A stretch of 64,000 nucleotides of DNA from Eledone cirrhosa (lineage: Eukaryota), in contig OZ024740.1 in assembly GCA_964016885.1 (NCBI GenBank), positions 381,734,001-381,798,000 on the forward strand, written 5' to 3'. Numbering within the stretch: position 1 is the first letter of the stretch; every line of letters starts with the position of its first letter. Under the pieces are notes generated by a model. It saw nothing but the letters and a program-made list of their open reading frames with translations, was not told the origin of the DNA and ran no database searches. Of the stretch, positions 40,724-54,305 are shown piece by piece. Both the position numbers and the translations under genes were made by a program.

Positions 40724-43032
40724 AAATATACTTATTCAATGAATTGTTATTGTTTCCTCTGACATTTAATACATGCTTTTTTGCTCTGCTTATGATATTT
40801 CTGCTTGGCAAATCTACGAATCATTCACCATGACTCTAGGGCTACATCCCTACTCACCTCCATAGGCTTTGAGCTGGCTAACTGCAGGTGTGAGCCTTGC
40901 GAGATGGAATAGTTCTTCCAGCCCATCTCCCTTACTAGCTCCTTCTCTATTCTGTCCGCCGGGGCTGAGGGGCGGCCAGCAGGTGGGACCCCATTTGCTC
41001 ATAATAGTGAGAGATGGGGAAGGCGAGAGAGATAGTGGCGATGACAGTATGAGTTCGGCTCCTCTCTAATCGGATTGGTGTACGTATATGTACTAACATA
41101 ATTTCTTCTACTTCTCAGCTGCTAATGGTGATTGCAATTAATTTTCTGTGTGACAGTTTACGAATGTTTTACATTTATATTCAAAGGATTTTACATTGAA
41201 GCTAATCTCGTATTTGCTTATGTAATGTATTTAGGTTGCGCGGTTTTGATGATACATATAGCTTTTCAGCTAATATGTTAGTTCACCCTTGCATAATGTA
41301 GTAACTTACCACAGACAAGGGTCGTAGGGAGTAGAAAATATGTATTGCTCACCGTTTATGTTCAACAACGACCATGTATATTGAATATATTAAAATAAAA
41401 TCTCATTGCAATGATGAAACAGAGGAGATGTACAATGTAGAGCATTGCATATCATCTTGTTAAATTTATTCCCCCAGAAAAATATCTGTTTAAATGTGTG
41501 AGCGTAAAAATCCCTCCACGCTGTGAAGAGCAATATATTTTCGTAACCAAGGAAATCCTTCCTCAAAAAATTCATACGAGAATATAGATTTCACTAATGA
41601 TAAAAATACATATCAAGATATATAGCGCTTCATTCACAAATTCGCAAAACTCCCTAACGATTATGTGTTAGTGACTCAAGAAATCAGACTATGAATATTG
41701 AAATATTAAAAAAAAGTCATTTCCTTTCTTTCAGAAATATTTCATATTTTTAAGACTGTTGAATATAATGTCACAGCATACAAAAATATTCTCATCGCAA
41801 ATAAGAATATCACCCAATTTTATCAAATATTATCATATTTTCCTTTATTAAATGACTAAATGTATACACATTTTCGTTTCTTATATCTAGCTTGTAAGAG
41901 TTTCCTACCATTACACATAAATCTTACTGTTTACTATATATAAATGTTCACTATACTCTTATGGTAAACTCGCTCGGTACATAATTAATTGCACATATAT
42001 TCTGTAATAGTATTTTCTTATTAGAGACCTAAATACATAGGTGTGTATGTATATATATATATATATATACATATATATATACACACATAATTATTTATAT
42101 ATATATGTGTATGTGTGTGTGTTTGTAGGTGTGGGTGTCATTATACACACACAGACACCAGCACACGAACACACATATATATAGGTGTGTTTTCCTCTTC
42201 AATTTCTTTCGACTATTGTTGGCGTGACCTTTCAAATGAAGACCAAAGTCGACGTGGCGTCATTATTGCTTTCAAAGTTTCCAATTTAGCACGCATGTGC
42301 GTATCTAATATCGGGTTGCTCATTTCCGACGACAACTATTAAACTAGTCTTGCTGTCAGTTGGGTTTGGTGCAAAACATGGTTTAAACATTTTTAACGAT
42401 GATTTTCTTCTCATGTTTCTTTCGTGGGTGATATGAAAAAATGTCCAATGTTCAACTTGAGCACCAGGGGACAAATAAAAATATCAATTGACAGAGAGGA
42501 AGAAAAACAGCAATAAAATTAATGTTAAGTAAGTGAATACCACCACGTCGTGTTAAATTGTATTTCTACTTAGTCCTGATCATCGCGATGTATCTATTTC
42601 AACATGCCTCGTGTTCTTTTTGCTTAGAATTGTTTGTGTACACCCTTTATCATTACAATGAATCTCCATTTTTTCAGTATTTTAAACCACTATAATCTCA
42701 TTTTTTCTCATCTTTTTTCCGTTTTTGTTTTGTCTTTGTCTTACATCAAACATACTCTTGGTTGTTAGAATATGATAGCAGAGTAAGTAGAACATCAGTG
42801 AATACGTAAATGTGTCGCTATACAATCTGAGTTAAAATATTACTAGGGTAGAGACAGAAATGGCAGTAATATACAGTCTAGGTTTATGAGAATATACATA
42901 CAACTCTATATAAATTTGGCCTCATAACAAATGAAAATATATTTCTTGATAAGGAAGATATACATCTCATTGGTATGTGTTAGCAGTAAATTTCAGATAT
43001 ATAGCATACACTTTCACAAACGAATAGGAGAA

Positions 43033-43222
43033 ATAATTGTTTCTACTATTGGCACAAGGCCAGCAATTACCCCAGTGCATTACTGGTACTTTATTTTATC
43101 GACCCCGTAAGGATGAAAGGCAAAGTTAACCATGGCGGGATATGAACTCAGAATGGCAAGGGTGGTAACTCTATGCGTCAAAGCATGGCGTCCGACCCTC
43201 TACGATACTGCCAATTCACCGC
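43033..43222 (-). mobile_element. tRNA-derived SINE, with an older diverged copy at about 43240-43398
   Basis: Family match. Confidence 0.88.
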
Positions 43223-43749
43223 AGGAAAGAGCAAAGTTGATTAAATCAACCTCAGTACGTAATTGCTGCTTTATTTAATCGACCCCAGAAGGAGGAATAC
43301 ATAATTGGCCTAACCGGGATTTGAATGTAAATAGCCAGTACAAGTCCCGCCCTGGCATTATATCTGAGGGTCTACCATTTTTTCCAATCCACCACCCTTG
43401 GAATACGGGTAATATATAAAAACAAATCTGTGGCTCATATTGCTTTTTACTGATTCATAACAAACCAAAATAGCAATGAGATAATATCGAATATATTCAT
43501 AAATTTTTAGTTAAACGTATGCCTTTGTAGCAAATATGGTAATTGTAATCAGTACTACAATTTAAAGATGGAATCGAAAGTTCGACTGTTAGTGCTTGTG
43601 TTCGTTCATAATTACAGCTGCTTAGATTGGACCATTTCAATGATAGATATCTTCACCATGAACACAATGCATTAATTGTAACACTATAGGAATATGGACC
43701 TTTCACCTGGTTATCTTTTTTTTCGCTTTTGTTTTGTCTTTCTCTATAG

Positions 43750-43797
43750 CAATGGGCAAATACCATCATATGAAATAAAGTGGCGATACGAACAGTA
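43750..43797 (+). CDS. Candidate 48-nt internal exon (phase 2-2): NGQIPSYEIKWRYEQ
   Basis: Strong pyrimidine tract ending tctctatag|, donor |gtaagc, one open frame. Loosely resembles the FN3 NGxIxxYxIxW strand. Confidence 0.35.
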
Positions 43798-46700
43798 GTA
43801 AGCCTGGGTATACCAAAGCATAGTCAGGTGTATTGGCAATACCGGAAGGTGGTGGATTGACAGTAATGGTAGAGTGGTGGGCAACATACTTTGTAGCATA
43901 AAGTTACGGCTATTTGTACCAAAAGAAGAAACTCGCATTATTGACTACATGGAACCTTAGTTTTAATTTTGAAACTGGAATATATATGAATAGTGCCCGC
44001 TCATTTAGCGATTATTATTGCTTTCTCCATTGTTTCAGCCTTTATTTCCATTTAATTTGGAAAATGTTCCAATGTTATATTGTAATAGGAAGTGATGTTT
44101 GAATGTACTCGATATGAAGACAAATTGGAATTGTCTACATTACTTTGTCAACGACTTTAATTGCAAGTAACACCATTGCTTTAGATTTATATTGTCTTCT
44201 TGTTCCCAGCAGATTGATAGAATTAGTATATATGAACCACGGAGAAATGTCTATTTATTAGAAACTGTCTTGAGAAATGAAATGAGTTAATGAATGTAAC
44301 TTGTCAAGTTTATCATTCCTATGCTATATTGTAAATATGTTACTATATATCTTAGTGGACTGCACTGCATAGATTGGTCTTGTGTTATAAAGTTACTTTC
44401 ATGAATAATGAAATTCCACATCAACAATCAAATACTGTGCAGATGTTACATGAGAAATAAAATTACCAACACTAGTAGACGTGCTTAAAATCTTGTAGAT
44501 CTAAAATATTTTCATTAGTTTTCTTTCGTTTTTTCGTGCTTAAACGCAAATTTCGGCGAATGTATATAGGTATTTGTGTGTTATATGTATTGTTCTTGAG
44601 CTCACAGGCAGTACTTATTTACAGGTATATAATCAAAAGCGACCGAGTCAGGATTCTGCCATAATTTATTCAGCTTTTGACTAGGACTATTCAATTTATC
44701 CTTTCATTTATATGATTGAAGGCAGCCAATTGAGGTAAATTTCGATAATACTTCCAGTAGGAGTGGCCACATATCTCAACATCACTCAATATAGAACTGG
44801 TCTTTCTCAATCTTATCGTCAAAGGTTATCGAAATGAAGTGTTAAACGGTTGTCTGGTTGATATGAAGAGTAACTTCAATCAATGAAAACACAAACGGTT
44901 ATAAGGTAGATAACTTTAAAATGAATAATCTCTTTTCTCATAAAATCTTTACTTTGCTATTACAAATATCACAATTAGATAAAAAGTGATTGTTTATGAC
45001 GCGTCTCTACATAAATAGAATTATAAACTGTCAAACTAGCAGTAAGTTGGTGATAAAAAGCTAAATATTATCTGTTTGTTCACCACTTATATAATAGACG
45101 TTATTAAACCCCTTAAAAGATTTCGCGATTAGTTTCTTTTTTTTATTGATAATGGTGTTTGTACATAACTCTAGATATCAGAATGTGTTACACTCGTTCA
45201 ATTGATGATAAAATTGAGATAACAGTCCCGACAAAAGAATACAGATTCTTTTGTATTAGTAAAATATCTAAGTACAAAAAAAAATTCATTACAATGATGA
45301 TAATTTCGGTTTTGATGTTCGGTCTGTTAATAAGTTTCTGAATAATTTCACTAAAAATCATTGTCGTCTATCTAACTGGAAATTACGATCTATCTGAATA
45401 TAACCACCCTATAATTTTGTGTTCAAGTCTAAATGAATAGGATTTAATATTGTTTAGCATTTAAGGTTTAAAACATCTTTATATCAACTGAACAATAGAA
45501 TGCCACTAATATCTTCACTGTTATCTAAGTAGTGCCTGATCGTAAGTGCTAACTCTAATAACACATTCTCGATGGTATAGAATATCGAATATGCAAATAT
45601 AGAATAGACCCATAAACGTGCCATAGACCTCCACAATAGACTTGTCGCCATTAGTGCAATCTGAATTTTAGTAGCGCTCCATTTATTCATTGCATTTGTC
45701 AATACTGTTGTAATCAGTTGTGTTGTAATAATTTGACTAAATTGAAAACATTCCCAGTGGAGTGCTCTACAGACGGAAGAGAAATATTGTAATGTCTTAC
45801 ATATATATAAGGTTGAAAAAGTCCGAGCGAATAACATCTACAAACAATGAGAAAGGGAGACAACTCCAACAAGATCAGTAGTTTGAAAATATTTGAAAAT
45901 ATATGCAACGTATAGTGAAATCTTTGGACACTAATAATTCATGCCACGACAGAAAGTGAACGGGGGACTGTCTTCCAGTTCACTGCTCTCACAAGCATAA
46001 TAATGATATAATAATTTAAAATAATATGAAATTATAAATAGAATTAAAAAAAAAAGAACAGATGTAAAAGTAGAATATTCTTCTTTGAAAGAAACCATCT
46101 TTATCATATTCCACCAAGAAATGTTTTGAATTGTTAAATACTTTCCTTTGTTCTCTTGGCCTTTGTATGCCATAATTGTGTAATTCTGGTTAACTTTCGC
46201 TTTTCATATAAAAGAACCGAAAAAAGAGTTAGGGTCATTTAACCAGTGTATGTGTACGTGTACTTGTTTGTTTATCCGCCTCTCTTGATATTTATCACCC
46301 CCCCCCCCTCTTTTCACTTTCTTTCTTTCTCGCTCCCCCCTCTCTCTCTCCGCCTCTTTCCCCTCACTCTTTCTATTCTCTCTCTTTCTCTCCCTCTGTA
46401 GGTGTTTGCATAATTCTTTGGTTCTTTGGGTGTTTTGGTGTGTTTTGTTTTGCTATTTTGTGTGCTCGTTTGTTTTGTGCGTGTGTGTATTTAGGTTTGT
46501 GAACGTATTTGTGATTGTGTAGTTCTCTGTATTTGTGTGCAGATCTGTGCACAGGTATGTTCATGTGTGTGTGTAGCTCTCTGTGTGGATGTGTGTTGGT
46601 GTATGACTCTATGTATGCGTGTGTAAGAGAGAAAATGAGAGAGTATATGGGGGAAATTATGGGTAGTAACGTAACACAATTTAGAATAATTAAACAGGTA

Positions 46701-46925
46701 GAAAGAGAAGGAAATAAACAAAGAAGTAAATGGTGAGGATCAAATTAGAGATAACAATAACGCAAAAGAATGAAAGAGTGAAGTAAAAATTATGAGACAT
46801 TGTGAAACAAAGAGAGAGATGGTATGAATTAATATATGTTGAGCTAGAATGTAAACAAGAGTGAAAACGAGTGGGAACATCACAGTTGATGAGAGACAGG
46901 GAGAGATAGATAGAAAGAAAGAGAG

Positions 46926-47010
<85 letters not shown>

Positions 47011-47512
47011 TGAGAAAAAGTGAGAGAGATAGAGAAAACGTGAAAGAGAGAAATGTTTTGCGCGAATGGGAAGAGTGACAGATAGGCTTAAGGAATGAAT
47101 GAGAGAAGAGGAATTAATAGATAGGCTCAAAGAGTGTTCGTGGGCGAGATATTGTGTCAGATTTTCTATACGCGTTTTTTTGCATCACTGCAAGAAATGT
47201 AGATGTAGTGACACTTTCTGAAATAGATATTGGCCCTTTGTGAGATATGTTTTGATGTGAGGCATATTAAGCAACTAGCACTTTCTGACAAGTATAGAGT
47301 CATTAATATAAGTATTTGTGGTACAGAGTAATACATTATGGTTGTGACACATTCTTAATGATATAGTGACATTAGGTGTGTTAAAGCGAGATGTATTAGA
47401 ACTGTGGCACAGATTGGAAGATGTATTTTTGTTTGTGTTACAGGAGGATACACGTAGTTCGTGAATGATTGGACGATGGAGTGTTTTATGTGGATGTTAT
47501 ACTAAGAAATTG

Positions 47513-47670
47513 GCAGCGAATTGTCAGAGTCGTAAAAAAGTCGGAGATAATGCTTTACGGTATTCGTTCCGGCTATCTGCTCTCTGATTGCAAATTCCGC
47601 CGAGGCCAACCTTGCCTTTTATCCTTCCAAGGTCGATAAATTAAGTACCAGTGGAGTACTGGGTCGATTC
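47513..47670 (+). mobile_element. Diverged tRNA-derived SINE
   Basis: caaattccgccgaggccaaccttgccttttatcc...gtcgataaattaagtaccag. Confidence 0.75.
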
Positions 47671-47912
47671 TTCCTCTATATCTCTTTCTAATTACTTCTA
47701 TCTCACTTTCTATCTTTCTCTGGAAATATTCTGCTGTAATCAGACCTGGAGAGGGATGGGTTCAGCCAGGCTTAAATTATCCAAGAAACGCCATATGTCA
47801 AAACGGCACCCCGTGACTCTATCAGGAATTACGTGACCATACCATACCATACCATTTAATATACTAAAAAAGGCATAGCTTATCTTTATGTGTGTATCGC
47901 AGTAATGGCAAA

Positions 47913-48177
47913 GGCGCGTTGCTTAGTGTTTGGATTGTTAGGCGAATGATTGCATGGTTATAAGTTTGAATTCCAGAGTTGATTCGTGTTCTTCATCAAA
48001 TACTTTATTTCATGTTACTCCAGTCCTTACAGCTGGACGAAAATGAGTTGAGCCTGTATCTCAAAGGGCCAGTTGTGCTACACATTAAGTGTAACGTATC
48101 CCATTTGTTTTCACGAGCAAGCTACTCTGTTGAGCGAATTAACTGGATCACTCGACGGCGGAACCAATGGATTTCCA
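47913..48177 (+). mobile_element. Second SINE family copy ending in an (AAC)n tail
   Basis: tRNA-like head ggcgcgttgcttagtg, related to 17430-17559. Followed by compound (AAC)(TAC)(TGC)n to about 48415. Confidence 0.7.
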
Positions 48178-48224
48178 ACAATAACAACGACGACGACGGC
48201 AACAACAACAACAACAGCAACGAT

Positions 48225-48258
<34 letters not shown>

Positions 48259-48261
48259 CCA

Positions 48262-48313
<52 letters not shown>

Positions 48314-48319
48314 TTGCTG

Positions 48320-48398
<79 letters not shown>

Positions 48399-50315
48399 AC
48401 CCACCACCACCACATCAGCAATACTCAACTACGTTACAATAAGATATATGGATGTAGTATTATTACCCTTTGAAATTGTAATGTATTCGTGTGTGCATAT
48501 GTTTTTATGTGTGTTGGTGTGCGGGCGCTCACGTGTTTGTGTGTGATAAATAGATAGACAGATAAATAGATAGAAACATATACATTAGCTAGATAACGAA
48601 AGTGAGGTGGAGAGGATAAAAAGTCAAATATATGTGATTTTGTCAGTTTGAGAGATATGAGAGAGATAGAAACAGAGAAGATAACAAGGACAGAGAAAAA
48701 GAGAGAGAGAGAAAAAGAGAAAAATAAAAAATAGATGAGAGACAAAAATAGAAACGCAGAAAGAAATGCAGAGGGAGAGTGATAGAGATAGTTAGATATA
48801 GACAAATAGAGTGATAAAGAAATGTGGATAGAGAGGGAAAGAGAGAGGAAGAGAGAGGGAGAAAGAAAGAGGTATATATATAGAGAGAGAGAGAGTGGGA
48901 GAGAGAGAGAAGAAGAGAGGGATAGAGAGAGTGAGGGAGAGAGGGAGAGAGGGAGAGATCTTGCAACATCAAACAGAATTTTAGCAGCTCTCAAACTAAA
49001 ACTCCGATTGTTTATTTAGCTGTAACCTTTGACACATTTTGGTCTGATTTGATCATTTTTAGTGTGGCATGACATTGAACAGAATTACAGTCAGTGATGA
49101 CAGTGGATTCTTTTAGGTCACAAATTTACGAGTAGAGGAAGGGGGTGATATATGTTTTCCTTTTGTTTGTTAATTTCGTTGTTATTTTCCCCAGCATTTG
49201 TTTGGATAATTTGTAAGAACATATATCATGAATTCAGTGGAGAATGGACAAGGTCGGTTCCTATAAAGTTAGTGGTTCAGTGATACTGCGTTTCTTCTGT
49301 TCCCGAATAAAATCATTTACACTCTAATCGCACAGACCACATAGATAAATATAAATATCACGCTGTTGAATACAACAGTCATACATTAAAACCAACAGGC
49401 AGCATGGCATCGTTCTATTTTTATTTGAGCTATGATCTTCCTACATTTTATTTGCATGAATTATAATATCTAGAGATTTAATACCCAACATATACTTAAC
49501 GTTGAAGACTATAGGATGTTAATTAAGGGAAACAAAAGGCAAAATACAACAGCTATGGACGAGTTAATATGCCCTAGATGAAAAAGGGATTTTATTGCTG
49601 TATTCAGAAAAAAATAGTTTATGTACTCGCGTTATACTCACTGGAACATAACGAAACTCAGGTTGATTGAAATAGTCATGAATCAGCTCTACAACAGCCA
49701 TAAGGCAGATTACGGAAACAAAAATAGGTGAAGTCCACAGAAAATATAAAATAAAATAATCGTGGTGAGTATGTATGAGTAGAACACAGGAAAAGACCGG
49801 CAGTTAGCGCATTATTTTATAATTCATTATAATTCACTTGACAGACGCCCCATGGTGGTATTGTTAGTAAGTAATATCACGTGGCTGGAGAAATCGTTCA
49901 ACTAAGAACGGAAAACAGTAGTAGACTTGAGAAACATTTTGGAATTTTCTTCATTACAATGTTGCGATTCTGGAGGGTAATCTTATGTTCTAACTAGATA
50001 CGAAGTTTGCTTCCTCTATTTTTGCCTCGTCTACATTTTCTGAACTTTATAAGCTATTATTTACAGCAATCGACTGTATTTACAGTTATTTCTGTATCTG
50101 TGTGTTTTACATTTTCTATGATCTTCATAATTCCACAGCAATATATATTACCTACAAGTTTGTATACATTTAGATGTTGTATTAATTAGCATTCTAATTT
50201 GGACCGGGGTTGTTGTTCAGCGTACTCAATGGGTAAGGTTATGTATAAATCCTAGAGTAGACACAAAGTTAATTGCTTCGATACAACACACGTAAATAAG
50301 TACCAACAATTCTAT

Positions 50316-50428
50316 ACCCGTACTAGAGTTTCTGCCACACTTAATGCAGAAAGAGAGCGTACAGCATCCATAGTCTGCCTTTATAATGAAATAATGCACA
50401 ATTGGTGGATGTGCCTTCATCAGCGGGT
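50316..50428 (-). ncRNA. Type I hammerhead ribozyme with long stem II
   Basis: Minus strand acccg-CTGATGA-aggcac...gtgtggca-GAAA-ctctag-TA-cgggt. Intact core, partly decayed base of stem II. Confidence 0.7.
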
Positions 50429-52828
50429 CTCACCTAACCAATAACCAGTAGATTACAGGATTCGATTCCAGTCTATGTTAGCTAAGGCAGTATATGTAAC
50501 AGGCGACACAGTAGTGCAGTAGTGCAGTAGTAACTGAAATCCATCCGCGTCATCAAAATACAGTCAACAGACTGGCTAATTGTTCACACATTTGTGTGAT
50601 GGCTAGGATTCGAGATTCTATGCTTCAATCCTTCCATAAGTACTCAACCAACATATCCCAAATCATACACAAAGTAACAAGTGAGTGAAAAAAATCGGTT
50701 ATTAGAGAAAAATCTTTCCCGAATCGCTGTACAATAGAATGGCAGCATTCGACTCTAGTCTTCAAGTACCATGGCAAATGTGGTGTGACTGTAAACAATG
50801 GTAGTATCTAAAACCTTCCGGACATTATACAGCGATATAGAGTTAGCGGGCTGGTTAGAATTTGAATTTGGAATATTCCGACCAACCTCTTGCGAAAATC
50901 CAATCAATTTCACAAGGTGTATTTGTCAATAGATATCCTCATCGGGACATTCCTGATGATTTCAAACAGATCTAATACTGTAGAAGTCATATATAATAAA
51001 GATGCCTATATTCTACCAACGTATTCAGTACCTTCTTTAACTGTGGCTAGCCTTATTCCGTAACAACTAAATAAATAATATATATATTATTTATAAATAG
51101 ATGCAAGTACATACATAACTGAGTGGGAACGTATCTCAAAGTATATATAGCTAAACAAATAAGATATTTATGCTTACATCTATTGGAATATACATATTCT
51201 GTACGTGTAGCTTGTTTTCATCTATGAAAGAAAGCCTCCTGCTTCACTTTAATAGTGATATTTTTATTACGAGACACATGATAAATGATGTAATAGTATC
51301 TTCCTTGATATAAATCAACACATAAATATACGCAATGTATATTTTAGTACTCTCAATAAAGGCATAAAATTATTCATCGCTTATTCTCAGTCCGATTTTC
51401 TTTATGGGATGTATTAAGAATTTTAAGAGAGCAGCAAAATGTGGTTTTGATCTAGGGGAGCGTATTGTGTTTTTTAAATGTATGTGCTAAAAACAAATAG
51501 CAGGAACAGTTAGTTTTTTGTATACATTTAATTCCACTTCTGTTATGCGCGAGTCACGCTAAGAGTATTATTATATAGAAATAACTGCAATACCTGAATG
51601 ATATACGGTATTAGATATTCCAGCGATGAATTAAGCCTCAACGTACGCCTAAATATATACACGCACATATATACGGGTACATGATATCGTTTGAATAATC
51701 GACAAAGTAAAATTCATTAACGATTCAAGAAGTTGCAGCTCTTTCTGTGAAGGTGCAGAATACTCATTTGGTTAGATAATTGTTTATAGATCAGGTAAGC
51801 TCTAAACCGATTGGCTACTGGTTCAGACATTTACGTGATGGCTAGGAGTCGAGATTTTATGCTTCAAACCTTCCATAAGTACCCAACCAACATATTTCAA
51901 ATGATACAAATTAACGAGTGAAAAAATCGGTTATTAGAGAAAAATCTTTCGAAGATTCAGCTTAATCGCTTTATCTAACTGCATCATGTGGAGGTCTCTG
52001 AATGTCTTATATAAATTTATGTATGTCAGAGTAGTGGGACGATTATTAGAGAATCTATTTGTTTCTCAATCACAACCAAATAGATTCTCTAACCCTCGTA
52101 CCCACCTATTCCTATCTAAGTCATTCAAGGTTTTCACATGTCGCAGACAGATGGATTGACTATGTTGAAACCTTGACATAACTGCAATGTTTCTACTTAG
52201 AATCTATTTGTGATATGTGTGTGGTCTTTGTTTTTGTTGGCGTGTATGTGCGTGTGCACGTGAGTACAAACCTTGGAATCCACATCCAAACCTATGTGAT
52301 AAAACATCGGAGAATCTAATGTAGTATATCATTCAGGCAATGCAATGTGGCAATTACCTATATGTTATCGAGATTCGAGACAGAAAAATTAAACACAAAT
52401 AAACGGGTACAAAATTTGTTCTCGCTATATATTTTTAGAGGATACAAATAGCAAGATAAATAATACACTTTCCTTTAGATATAAAACCACTTTTGCCTCT
52501 CTCCTGAAATTCTTAATACATACCATTAACAGAATAGAACAGAAAATAAGCGATGAATTTTATACCTTTATTGAGAGTACTAAAATATCCATCGAGTATA
52601 TTTATATCTGTTGATTTATATCAATGAAAATACGACTACAACATTTATCACGTGTCTCGTAATAAAAATACAACTATTAAAGTAAGACATAGAGACTTCA
52701 TTTCGACAATGAAAAATCACATATCTCGTGCAACAGATGTATATTCAAAGATACACATCCATATATAGGTCGTTCATCTATATATAAACTTGCTTGAGCG
52801 CATACACACACACATACACACATATATA

Positions 52829-53731
<903 letters not shown>

Positions 53732-53935
53732 TAAATACAATGATCTTTTTTTATGCGTATATACATTTTCACAGACCATCCATAGACATACATCCACAGG
53801 GACAGACACACTTTCAAACGAGGACATGGCTGTCTGGTAAAGTATTTCGATTTGCAACCACAAGGTTCTTGGTCAATCTCAGTGTGCGGAATTTTGTGCG
53901 AGTCACTTCCACTCTAGCCTCGGATTGAGCAATAT

Positions 53936-54063
<128 letters not shown>

Positions 54064-54237
54064 GGGAGGGGCTCTTTGTGTGTGTGCATAATAGTGATTA
54101 TGAATATATTAATTTTAACCTGATGATTTATATATGCATATATATATATCAGAAAGGGTGTGGTAAATTACCAGGTGGACCATAGTTCGGATCTAGTTGT
54201 CGAAACGGCCGGAGCTCAGGCGTCGCGGTTCTTAATT

Positions 54238-54303
<66 letters not shown>

Positions 54304-54305
<2 letters not shown>

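Larger units (their letters stand above)
39250..40800 (+). mobile_element. 5'-truncated Penelope-like retroelement (endonuclease, T-rich 3' region, HHR-bearing pLTR)
   Basis: GIY-YIG remnant followed by about 900 bp of pyrimidine/T-rich sequence and an HHR on the same strand. Confidence 0.7.

Noticed and set aside
54115-54170. CTGATGA...GAAA around a TA-rich hairpin
   Set aside because: Stems I and III do not pair convincingly, so it is probably chance.
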